Positions 35,629 through 44,598 of a stretch of DNA of 64,000 nucleotides are shown one piece after another. Position 1 is the first letter of the stretch. Each line of letters opens with the position of its first letter. The notes beneath the pieces are model-generated. The model made no database searches, had not been told where the DNA came from, and was given only the letters and a program-made list of their open reading frames with translations. The translations under genes were made by a program, and so were the position numbers. Source of the DNA: Ferrimonas sp. (lineage in GTDB: Bacteria; Pseudomonadota; Gammaproteobacteria; Enterobacterales; Shewanellaceae); the NCBI RefSeq assembly GCF_048263965.1, contig NZ_JBLXDO010000017.1:7223-71222 (forward strand), written 5' to 3'.

Positions 35629-36564
35629 TCAGTTGATCGAGGTGGTGTCCAGTATGTTTTTGATGGCTTCTTGGAAGTTGTTTTTAAGTAGTTCTTCCAG
35701 GGTTTTCATGGCTGGGTGCTGATACCAGGAGCGGTTGCATATGAAGCCATACTGAAAATCGATCGGGCTTCCCTCACAGGTGACCGGTCGCCAAACCAGA
35801 TTATGTTGGCTGTGTTCTGGGTAGGCGTTGCTTGAAAAGACAGAATAATCCAATTGTTCAGCGCAACGCAGTGCCGCCTGCATTGAAGCGACGGTTATGT
35901 TCGAACTCAGCTTAATGCCGTGCTCTTCAAGAATCACTTTTTCTAGATGCGGAACTTTGGCTCCGGAGTCAAGACTAACAAAGTTCATTTTTTGCAGATC
36001 ATTTATCTCAATCGCCTTGTTGACTGATAGTGGGTTATCGGCACGAAGGTAGACGCCGAGGTGAATGCTTCCGAGTCGCCTCTGAATGAATCGACTATCA
36101 ATGTCGAAAGGGAAAAAGTTAATTCCGACAGCAAAATCGCTAGGGTTTAGATCTGGCAGGCTGTCTGTTGGCCAGGCATGGAAGCTGAAACCAAGATTAC
36201 ATTGATGTTGTTTTAGCTCTTTCATCAATCCAATCATAATATGCTCGGTAAGGTAGAGTGGCGCGTAAACTTTAAGGCAGCCCTCCATTCTTTCTATGGA
36301 ACTCTCCGCCGATTGTTTTATGCAATCATCTAAACTTTTGACAAGTGGAGAGATTGCCTGAATAAGGTTTACGGCAAATGCTGTTGGCATATATTGTCCA
36401 TTGGACGTGATAAATAGTTCATTACCAAAATGGCCACGTAGTTGTGCCAGGCTACGATTAAGCGTTGAACGGCTCACACTAAGGTGCCTGATAATGGCGT
36501 GTGTCGTCCGATACTCGTTTACAGCCAATAGATACCTTACTAAGTTTAAGTCGAGCTTCGTCAT
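35629..36564 (-). CDS. LysR family regulator, divergent from the oxidoreductase operon
   Basis: LDLNL...VSRSTLNRSLAQLRGHFGNELF; AT-richer codon usage. Confidence 0.88.
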   Translation of the reverse strand: MTKLDLNLVRYLLAVNEYRTTHAIIRHLSVSRSTLNRSLAQLRGHFGNELFITSNGQYMPTAFAVNLIQAISPLVKSLDDCIKQSAESSIERMEGCLKVYAPLYLTEHIMIGLMKELKQHQCNLGFSFHAWPTDSLPDLNPSDFAVGINFFPFDIDSRFIQRRLGSIHLGVYLRADNPLSVNKAIEINDLQKMNFVSLDSGAKVPHLEKVILEEHGIKLSSNITVASMQAALRCAEQLDYSVFSSNAYPEHSQHNLVWRPVTCEGSPIDFQYGFICNRSWYQHPAMKTLEELLKNNFQEAIKNILDTTSIN

Positions 36565-37013
36565 TTCTTGTTCTCGTTGTAATTGAAGCACTCAGGCCGC
36601 CTGCTTCACAGGAGGCTATCTTACGCTCACCTTTGCGATATTGACCCAGGTCACAAAAAGGGCTGGTTGGATCGAGAAGGTTGACGACTACACCCGGGTA
36701 AAAGTCAATGCTCGGCATGGTTCAGAGACCATTTATCCATTAGAGCACGATATTAGAACTGATTGAATTGTTACGAGGTGGGTAAATATGTCCGCATTTT
36801 TGTTTGTTGAGCAAATCTGATGTTGTTTCTGGTTTGTCGGAGTTGCTATTTTCTATTGCTTCGGAGGGTTGCTCGTACGCTTAGTGAACGGGTTCATATT
36901 TGAACTTCCGTTGATTCAGATTTGATTCTGCTTCTAAGAAATACTTCGGCACATCGGCATTACGTATTTCAGAAGTCGATAGTTAATTAAATTGAATTCA
37001 TTGTGGAGCCAAT

Positions 37014-37898
37014 ATGAATATGGAACCAAAAAACCTTTTTGGGTGGTTACTGGCGGGGGGGATTGTACTGTTACTGTGCGCCATTGCCGTTGCAGTGTCC
37101 TCCTACGGAGGCAGTCAGGGAAGTGATGCTCCCCTGTTTTTTGACAGCCTGTCGTACTTTTTGCTGTTTGTAGTCGCCTGTGCCCTAATCTGCTCGGCAA
37201 AGTTGTCCAGGCCAGGTGATCGTATTAAGGGGAACCGAGTGCTTCGGCACGATGGTGTTGCCCGTCTGACTCATTGGACCACAGCCATGGGGTGTTTGAT
37301 TCTGCTTGCTACTGGTGTCGGCCTGGGCTTTCTTGAGTTTCCCCGTCTGGTGGTGAGTGCTGATGACACGGCTTTGATGTTTAACCTCCATTATATCGGT
37401 GCCCTGTATTTCCTGTTCGGATGTAGCCTGTGGGCCGCCAACCAACTGGTTGACCCAGACCGTCTGCGCAGTCACCTTCCGGACGAGCCGCTGTGGGTTG
37501 AGATTAAGAAATCGGTGCTTCACTACGCCCACATGATGGGGTTAACGCCAACTGCGGTTCCCGCCCCCAAGTACCACCACTCGGGGCGCTTGGCGGGTCT
37601 GGTGATTATCGGGGCTTCCTTTGTGGTTATTGTCTCCGGGGGCGGCAAAATCGTTGCCCGGGGTTTGGAGTTAGACCTTCTGATTATCAAGGTGGTCAAC
37701 CTCGGCCATGATTGGGCGGCTCTGCTCTTGCTCCTGCTTATTCCGATACACGCTTTCCTGGGGGGTATTGCCCCCTGGGCCTGGAACACCCTGTCGGGGA
37801 TGGTTACCGGATATGTGAGTGCGGATTACGCCAGGCATCACCATGGCCTTTGGTTTCGGCAACTGGAGCAGAAACAGCAAAGGGAGAGACAACAATGA
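37014..37898 (+). CDS. Di-heme cytochrome b membrane anchor (FdnI/YdhU-like)
   Basis: RLTHW, NLHY, NLGHD, IPIHA His ligands; KYHHSGR; two extra N-terminal TM segments. Confidence 0.8.
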   Translation: MNMEPKNLFGWLLAGGIVLLLCAIAVAVSSYGGSQGSDAPLFFDSLSYFLLFVVACALICSAKLSRPGDRIKGNRVLRHDGVARLTHWTTAMGCLILLATGVGLGFLEFPRLVVSADDTALMFNLHYIGALYFLFGCSLWAANQLVDPDRLRSHLPDEPLWVEIKKSVLHYAHMMGLTPTAVPAPKYHHSGRLAGLVIIGASFVVIVSGGGKIVARGLELDLLIIKVVNLGHDWAALLLLLLIPIHAFLGGIAPWAWNTLSGMVTGYVSADYARHHHGLWFRQLEQKQQRERQQ

Positions 37899-38584
37899 CA
37901 GCTAGGGACACGACTTCCGGGATGGACAGCGGCCGGCGCCATTTCCTCACTGCCTTGGGCAGTGTTGGTATGCTGATTGGACTCAGCGGCAACGCCTATG
38001 TATTGCGTGATGAAAAGATCTATATAAAGAGCGCCGGCGGTGCCTTGGTGGTCGATTTGAAGAAATGCATGGGGTGCGGCACCTGCATGACCACCTGCTC
38101 ACTGACCCATCATGGCAAGGCCTCAATGTCGCTGGCCAGGATTCAGATTCAACAAGATTCGTTCACCCCCTTCCCAGATGATATCCAGATGGCTACCTGT
38201 CATCAGTGTGAGGATGCCCCCTGTGTCGGCGCCTGCCCGGTCAACGCCAACACGGCCAATGAGGAGTTCGGGTTTGTGCGAGACATCGATCCGAACCGGT
38301 GCATCGGTTGTATGCAGTGCATCGAGGCCTGCCCCTATACCCCTAAGCGCGTGCAGTGGAACGCGGAAACCCGAAGTGCCCAAAAATGCGATCTCTGCGT
38401 TAACACCCCCTTTATGAGCGAGGAGGGTGGGCCTGAGGGGGTTCGTGCTTGTCAACGGGTGTGCCCGGTGGCGGCCATTGACTTTGTCACCGAGCTGCCG
38501 CCGGCCAGTGCTCCCGATGACGCCTATGTCGTCAATCTACGTAATGAAAGCTGGGCTCTCACCGGCAAGACCATCGAGGATTAA
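37895..38584 (+). CDS. Tat-signal 4x[4Fe-4S] electron-transfer subunit (DmsB/NrfC/YdhY-like)
   Basis: ATGA overlap; SGRRHFL; CMGCGTCMTTC, CHQCEDAPCVGAC, CIGCMQCIEAC, CDLC...CQRVC. Confidence 0.9.
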   Translation: MTARDTTSGMDSGRRHFLTALGSVGMLIGLSGNAYVLRDEKIYIKSAGGALVVDLKKCMGCGTCMTTCSLTHHGKASMSLARIQIQQDSFTPFPDDIQMATCHQCEDAPCVGACPVNANTANEEFGFVRDIDPNRCIGCMQCIEACPYTPKRVQWNAETRSAQKCDLCVNTPFMSEEGGPEGVRACQRVCPVAAIDFVTELPPASAPDDAYVVNLRNESWALTGKTIED

Positions 38585-38589
38585 GCGCA

Positions 38590-40788
38590 ATGAAGATGAA
38601 AGGCTTTGCTGGAAAGATTCTGCATGTCGATTTGAACAATCTGACCACTTCGGTTATCCCGACCGCCAAGTATCAACGCTGGGGCGGTGGTCATGGCTTA
38701 GGGGCCGCGCTGTTTTGGGATCTGTGCCAGGAGGTGGAGTCGATCTCCGATGGGCGAGACCCGCGTAATGTGGTGACACTGGCCGCATCACCCTTCTCCG
38801 GAACTAATGTGCCCTCTGCCGGAGGGCGCTGCGAAGTGACCGGCATAGGCACCGGCCTGAAACCCAAGAACTGGTTTACCCGCTCAAACTTCGGCGGCCA
38901 GTTCAGCGCCATGCTGAAACACGCCGGCTGGGATGCGGTGACGGTGACCGGTGCGGCTCCCTATCCGGTGTATCTGGATATCCGCAATGACAAGGTGGTT
39001 ATCCGCGATGCCGCCGGGGTGTGGGGAAAGGACACCTACGACACCCAGAGGATCATCCAGCAGGAGGTGGCCAATGTCGAGGCCACCGCTGGCTGGAATG
39101 CGCAGCTCGATAACAACGAGATCGGCCGAACCACTCAGAAGGCGGCCGTCGTCTCCATTGGCCCGGCGGGAGAGAACCAATCGGTGTTGGCTTCCCTGGT
39201 TCACGGCGCTGGCCACGGTTCCGGGCAGTGTGGTTTTGGTGCGGTATTGGGCTCAAAGAACCTTAAGGCGATCAGTGTCATTGGCACCGGAAGCGTCGAT
39301 ATTGCCGACCCCTTGGCATTGGTCAATGCCCGTTTCAAGACCCGGGAACTCTATGCCAACGACGCGGATAATGTCACCGTCCTTGGGACGCCCAGCAATC
39401 CCGATGCGGCCAATGTCCATCTCAATACAGAGGTGGGGGCCCACGCTTTGGGCAGCGCCTCGCGAGCGCTCCTGTTTGCTCCAATAAACAGCAACCACCG
39501 CAGCATCGGCTGTCACGGCTGCATCAATGGGTGTAAGCAGCGTCGAGATGGCTATGGCAACGAGTCCCACTGCCAGACGACGGTGTGGTACTTGGCGCCC
39601 GCGCTCCTGGCTGCTCGTGGCGAGGCGGCACTGAAGATGACCCTGTTCGATGACCGTAAAGATATCACCGAGACCATGATGTATGCGGCGGAAACCATTC
39701 AGCGGCTGGGCATCAACTCCTACCCGCTGACGGACGGGTGTCTATGGTTGGGAACTCTGGCCCAGTACGGGGTGATCGGTCCCGACAAGCCGATCAACTC
39801 CAATTTGCCCTGGCACAAGTTTGGCACCATGGAGTTCTGCAGGGCGTTTTGCGAAGCCATCGCCTTCAAGACCGATATTGGGGAGCTGCTGGCTGAGGGG
39901 TTTGTCGAGGCCGCCAGGGCCGTTGGACGGGAGCAGGACCTGAAAGAGGGAAAGATTCTGCAATACCCCTACTGGGGCATTCCCGAGCATGGTTATGACC
40001 CGCGGGCGGAGTTGACCTGGGGTTACGCCACCCTGATGGACAGCCGCGACATCAACGACCACGGCTATAACTGGATCTTCTGGAACGTCAATTATGAGAT
40101 CGCCGCGGGCATCGAGCATCCGGTCGATGCGGAAACCATGGCCAGGTGCTACACCGAGAAGATGATTCCCTATGCCCATGATCTGCCCCTGGCACTGGAT
40201 TTTTCAGAGAAGAATATGTACTCGGAGAATATTGCCAGGGCGGTGCAGTGGCAGATGCACTACAACCGCTTTTACAAGAACTCGTTGTTGATGTGTGATT
40301 TCCGCTGGCCTGACTGCTGCAACCTGAATCGTCCCGATTTCAGGGGGGCGACTGCCGATTCCGAAGTGGGTGAGCAGGTGTACTGGAGGGCTGTTACCGG
40401 TGAGGCGATTACCTTCGAGGAGGGAATTCGCCGAGGGCGTCAGGTTTACAACCTCGACAACGCCATATGGACCCTGCAGGGGCGGCATCGCGACCTGGTG
40501 AAATTCGAAGACTACATCTACGACAAGAAATATGATCACTCTAAGCTTGGCAGTTACTGCTGGCCGTCAACCAATGACGATGGTCAGTGGGCTTTCAGAG
40601 ACACGGTAGGACGCCAATTGGATCGCCAGGGGGTGGAGCATTGGAAGGATCATTATTATCGGCTTGAGGGTTGGGATCTGAATACCGGCTGGCCGACCCG
40701 GGCGACGCTGGAGCAGCTGGATATGGGGTTTGTGGCGGACCGCCTCGCCCAGGCTGGCAAGCTGGGTCGGGAGGGAGGTGTTCAATGA
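38590..40788 (+). CDS. Aldehyde:ferredoxin oxidoreductase family (W/Mo bis-pterin) enzyme, YdhV-like
   Basis: GFAGKILHVDL, IGPAGEN, GAVLGSKNLKAI, CHGCINGC plus LMCDF, YYRLEGWD...GWPTRATL. Confidence 0.92.
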   Translation: MKMKGFAGKILHVDLNNLTTSVIPTAKYQRWGGGHGLGAALFWDLCQEVESISDGRDPRNVVTLAASPFSGTNVPSAGGRCEVTGIGTGLKPKNWFTRSNFGGQFSAMLKHAGWDAVTVTGAAPYPVYLDIRNDKVVIRDAAGVWGKDTYDTQRIIQQEVANVEATAGWNAQLDNNEIGRTTQKAAVVSIGPAGENQSVLASLVHGAGHGSGQCGFGAVLGSKNLKAISVIGTGSVDIADPLALVNARFKTRELYANDADNVTVLGTPSNPDAANVHLNTEVGAHALGSASRALLFAPINSNHRSIGCHGCINGCKQRRDGYGNESHCQTTVWYLAPALLAARGEAALKMTLFDDRKDITETMMYAAETIQRLGINSYPLTDGCLWLGTLAQYGVIGPDKPINSNLPWHKFGTMEFCRAFCEAIAFKTDIGELLAEGFVEAARAVGREQDLKEGKILQYPYWGIPEHGYDPRAELTWGYATLMDSRDINDHGYNWIFWNVNYEIAAGIEHPVDAETMARCYTEKMIPYAHDLPLALDFSEKNMYSENIARAVQWQMHYNRFYKNSLLMCDFRWPDCCNLNRPDFRGATADSEVGEQVYWRAVTGEAITFEEGIRRGRQVYNLDNAIWTLQGRHRDLVKFEDYIYDKKYDHSKLGSYCWPSTNDDGQWAFRDTVGRQLDRQGVEHWKDHYYRLEGWDLNTGWPTRATLEQLDMGFVADRLAQAGKLGREGGVQ

Positions 40789-41201
40789 ACCCTGTTACAG
40801 GAGCCCAGGCTAAACATTATTTGCGTCAAGTTAAGTTTGAAGAGGCGATGATGGCCGCCATTATAGTTCGCCCAAGGGGGATGGCCCCGATGATAGTGAA
40901 TTCAGTCGAATCGTTGTACATCTTGTTTGAACCAAATAGTAAATCGGTTCCCGGGGTGGATTTTAATGAGCTTGAGCGATGGCTGTCGGATATCGTAGGA
41001 GATACAGAATTGGCTGATGCAGTTCACTATGATTCTGACAAGGGCACGTTTTTTGAACATTGTGTAAAAGTGTATCGCAAATTGGATATAAGGCTTCGCC
41101 AATATGCCTCTGCCATGAATATCCCCGTGCCTGAGAAAGAATCCAGGCAGGTGGTTAACCCAACTTTCACCCTGTATAAAAACTACGCAAATCATATCTG
41201 A
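40785..41201 (+). CDS. Hypothetical 138-aa protein translationally coupled to the AOR gene
   Basis: ATGA overlap after RBS GGAGG; soluble; AT-richer. Confidence 0.7.
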   Translation: MNPVTGAQAKHYLRQVKFEEAMMAAIIVRPRGMAPMIVNSVESLYILFEPNSKSVPGVDFNELERWLSDIVGDTELADAVHYDSDKGTFFEHCVKVYRKLDIRLRQYASAMNIPVPEKESRQVVNPTFTLYKNYANHI

Positions 41202-41213
41202 TAGATATTAATT

Positions 41214-41245
41214 GGTAAGTAACCCTGACTTCAGGGTTACTTACC
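41214..41245. repeat. 15-bp perfect inverted repeat
   Basis: GGTAAGTAACCCTGA-CT-TCAGGGTTACTTACC; no U-tract. Confidence 0.85.
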
Positions 41246-41276
41246 CATCTGTGGATGAAACTAGAGATTAGTCAAA

Positions 41277-42017
41277 ATGTATAAAATAATTAATATTGCC
41301 TTGATATTTATTTTCTTTGTTTCTACTGGGGTTTCTTCAAAAGAACTTCACAGCAAGGATCCGCGCAACTCGACCTCCAAGGTGGGGGCTGAGGTTGATG
41401 AGAAGGGAGAGTTGAAATTCCTTTTGGGAGGGGGCAGTATCAACTGGTACGAGGGAAGCGACAATCAGTTCGTCTTCCTGGCAGAGTACAAGATAGACTC
41501 GAGCGACGGCCGCTTCCGTTTTGCCAACTTCGACAGCCGCTTTGGTGGCTTGTACGGCGATTTCATCTATACCGATGATACCTCTTTGATGAGTACTGTC
41601 GGCTATATACTTCCCATTGATGCCAATAATGATAAAACACAATTCTTCCCAAGCCTGAACTACAGCTATCTTGATTTTAACAAAAGCAACCCAATTCGCT
41701 CTTTAGTGCCGGACGAGTTTGGTGGAGGTAATCATAGTCAGCTTTATAGTTTAAATCTGTATATTCTCCATCCTTGGAATGAAACCCACTTTACCTTTAT
41801 TGAGATGTTCGGTGGTCGATCATTTTCTGGGGTGGAGATCGAGATGTATGATGTGTGTTGGACCCAGGGAATGAATAGCAGCATCTTAGGCAAGCCCGCA
41901 TTCGTATATTTCAAGGGGCAGTATTCACGCACCGAGGTGTTTGGAAGTTTTGCTCCTTCCGGATCCGATAATAACGATGATGCGAAATTCAGTTTTGGGG
42001 TGGAGTTAAAGTTTTAG
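41277..42017 (+). CDS. Putative outer-membrane beta-barrel protein
   Basis: Signal peptide, aromatic/Gly-rich strands, C-terminal FSFGVELKF. Confidence 0.7.
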   Translation: MYKIINIALIFIFFVSTGVSSKELHSKDPRNSTSKVGAEVDEKGELKFLLGGGSINWYEGSDNQFVFLAEYKIDSSDGRFRFANFDSRFGGLYGDFIYTDDTSLMSTVGYILPIDANNDKTQFFPSLNYSYLDFNKSNPIRSLVPDEFGGGNHSQLYSLNLYILHPWNETHFTFIEMFGGRSFSGVEIEMYDVCWTQGMNSSILGKPAFVYFKGQYSRTEVFGSFAPSGSDNNDDAKFSFGVELKF

Positions 42018-42078
42018 TCCTAGCCTGAGTGGTAACCCCCCCTGCGACGAAGAGGGGTATCAATAAATCATTTAATCC

Positions 42079-42111
42079 TCGGCTGTGGAAATTAAAGGCT
42101 TCCACAGCCGA
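42079..42111. terminator. 12-bp hairpin between convergent genes
   Basis: TCGGCTGTGGAA-N9-TTCCACAGCCGA. Confidence 0.6.
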
Positions 42112-42124
42112 AGGGGAGCCGTGG

Positions 42125-42388
42125 TTAAGCGTACAGGCCCAGGTTTTCCTTGGCGAAGGCTTCGAACTCGGTGCAGCCGCCCACGTGTTCCTGATCGATG
42201 AAGATTTGAGGGACGGTTGCAACGGGGGCGCCCACGGTCTTTTCCAGATCCTGCTTGCTGATCCCTTCGGCATGCATATCCACGTAGCGGAACTTAAAGT
42301 CCTCACGGGATTCGGTCAGGGTCTCGGCGATCTGCTTGGCGCGAACACAGTATGGGCAGCCGGGACGGCCAAAGATAACTACAAACAT
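42125..42388 (-). CDS. grxA: Glutaredoxin 1
   Basis: MFVVIFGRPGCPYCVRAK, TVPQIF, GGCTEF. Confidence 0.96.
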   Translation of the reverse strand: MFVVIFGRPGCPYCVRAKQIAETLTESREDFKFRYVDMHAEGISKQDLEKTVGAPVATVPQIFIDQEHVGGCTEFEAFAKENLGLYA

Positions 42389-42516
42389 GGGACTCTCCTT
42401 TAAAACGATGGAGTATTTATACCACAGACGTCGGATTCTTCTAAATGGGGCAGGATCTCAGCCTAAGGATATTTTTCTTTATATTATAAGTGTTTATATT
42501 ATGTTAATCGGTATGC

Positions 42517-44232
42517 CTAATAGGCACTATCGGCTTTTCTGTATCGCCCCTGGTAATCAAACAGGGTTTCGATCACCTTCCAGCCATACTTCTCTTTGCG
42601 GGCAATGACGAAATCCGGGTGGCGGAACAGGGGGGCGGCGGCGACGACGGCTTCGGCATCAGGCAGCCGCAAAGGGGTGCCTGGGGACTTTAGGTGCATT
42701 CGGGCGAAGTGATGGTAGAAAGCGCCTTTCTGACCCGCGGTGGTAAAGCCAAAGATCTGATGCACCTCCACACCATCTTCGTCATGCCAGGTGATTTTGA
42801 TGCCCGCCTGGCCGGATTTCAGGGTGTGGGGGGTCAGGGAGAGGCCTGCGCAGCGCAGCACCAGGTAATCCTTGAGTTTAAGCACCTCTTTAAGGCGTTT
42901 GTCCGGGTCCACCAGGGCCTTGTCACAGGCCTGGCAGTGGCGGGCAGCGATGTCGTTCTCTGCCATGCAGTCGGGACACTCCTTGAAGCGGAACCGAAAA
43001 TCACACTGCTGCTGTTCCTCATCCAGCCCTTGGCACCGGCGCCCGTAATGCTCCAATAGCAGGCCATTTTCATCGTGTTTGCCCCAGAAGTGGTTTTTGT
43101 GGCCGCACTTGGGGCAGGGCACTATGGCCACCTGGGCATCGGCTTTTGGCTTGGGCTCGCCCACTTCAGGGGAGAACAGCGAGTAGCCATTGCCGGCGAA
43201 GTCCAGTACCAGGCACTCCTCCTTGCCCTCGGCGAGACGCAGACCCCGCCCCACCATCTGCTGATAGAGGGCCACGGAGTCGGTACGGCGCAAGATGGCG
43301 ATGAGATCGATATGGGGGGCATCAAATCCTGTGGTCAGCACAGACACATTCACCAGATACTTGAGCTTTCGGGCCTTGAAAGCCTGAATGATGGTCTCCC
43401 GCTGAGACGCCGGCGTCTCCCCGGTGATCAGGGCTGATTCTCCTTGGGGCAGTTTCGATACCACCTCCTGGCCATGACGCACCGTGGCGGCAAACACCAG
43501 CACCCCCTGGTGGTGTTTCCCCAGCTTACTGAGCTGGTCGCAGATCAACGAGGTGGCGCGCCCCTGGTTGATCAGCATGGTGTCTGCCTGTGCGTCGTCG
43601 GCAGGCAGTAACAGGGACGCCACGGCGCCGTCGATGACCCGGGCGGGCGTCAGGTAGCCCTGCTTGATCAATTGGCCGATGGGCAGCTCGAACACACAGG
43701 TTTCGAAAGGCTTGGGCTCTGTGCTTCTCAGGGTGCCATTGATGTGCTTCTGATAGACCCAGCCGCCGTCGAGCCGATAGGGGGTCGCGGTCAGCCCAAG
43801 GAGTTTTACCTTCGGGTTGGCCTTCTGCAGAGCCTGAATCACCCGGCTGTACTGGCTTTCTCCCTTGAGGCTGACCCGGTGACACTCGTCGATGATCGCC
43901 ATGGAGAAGGATTGGTCCATCGCCTGATCTGAAGCGGCCAGGGACTGGATGGAGGCGAACACCACCTTGCCGCTGGCCTGCTTCTGGCCCAGACCGGCGG
44001 AGTAGATGTCTGCCTGATGTCCCATGGCGGCGAGCTTACTGTGGTTCTGTTCCACCAGTTCCTGAACATGGGTGAGCACCAGCACTCTTCCTTTGGCCAG
44101 TCGGGCCAGTTCGGCGATGATGACGCTTTTTCCCGCGCCAGTGGGCAGAGCCAGCAGGGCAGGGGATGGGTGTTGCCTGAAGTGTTGGACGACGGCCTTG
44201 ACCGCATCCTGTTGATAGGGACGAAGCTGCAT
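42517..44232 (-). CDS. radD: DEAD/DEAH-box helicase RadD (YejH)
   Basis: MQLRPYQ, PTGAGKS, DECH, TATP, QMVGRGLR; Zn cysteines CPKC/CPDC/CQAC. Confidence 0.92.
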   Translation of the reverse strand: MQLRPYQQDAVKAVVQHFRQHPSPALLALPTGAGKSVIIAELARLAKGRVLVLTHVQELVEQNHSKLAAMGHQADIYSAGLGQKQASGKVVFASIQSLAASDQAMDQSFSMAIIDECHRVSLKGESQYSRVIQALQKANPKVKLLGLTATPYRLDGGWVYQKHINGTLRSTEPKPFETCVFELPIGQLIKQGYLTPARVIDGAVASLLLPADDAQADTMLINQGRATSLICDQLSKLGKHHQGVLVFAATVRHGQEVVSKLPQGESALITGETPASQRETIIQAFKARKLKYLVNVSVLTTGFDAPHIDLIAILRRTDSVALYQQMVGRGLRLAEGKEECLVLDFAGNGYSLFSPEVGEPKPKADAQVAIVPCPKCGHKNHFWGKHDENGLLLEHYGRRCQGLDEEQQQCDFRFRFKECPDCMAENDIAARHCQACDKALVDPDKRLKEVLKLKDYLVLRCAGLSLTPHTLKSGQAGIKITWHDEDGVEVHQIFGFTTAGQKGAFYHHFARMHLKSPGTPLRLPDAEAVVAAAPLFRHPDFVIARKEKYGWKVIETLFDYQGRYRKADSAY

Positions 44233-44598
44233 GGGGATAGTAATGGCTGAGAGTATGGGCATCCTAGCCCGGTGACGGCCTGTGCTCAAGCCGACTTCTG
44301 GATGGGGGATCCGTAAATTGACCCACTTATGGGTTAACTGGAGTGAGATCGCACTTTTAGTGAGTTGCGTTCGAAAGTGGTTCGCTCACGGTTTTGGTTG
44401 CCCTATGATGCTATGGCTCTCAAAATGTGACCGCATTGGTCAAATGCCGGCCAAGGGAAGTGGGATAATTACATTAATTTGAGGGCTGGCTTACATTGTT
44501 TGTTGTGGGCTTGTGTGGTGCCCCGGACTTTTTGCTTGGTGGATCACGATTTTTCATTAGCATGGGGTAAGCGATTTTATTCCGGGGGGGCGGCATCT

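Noticed and set aside
36479-36718. 79-aa ORF upstream of LysR
   Set aside because: Overlaps the lysR start out of frame, with no motif or RBS support.
37895-40788. Selenocysteine readthrough at TGA stops in the oxidoreductase operon
   Set aside because: The TGAs at 37896 and 40786 are ATGA overlaps with the next gene and the proteins look complete.
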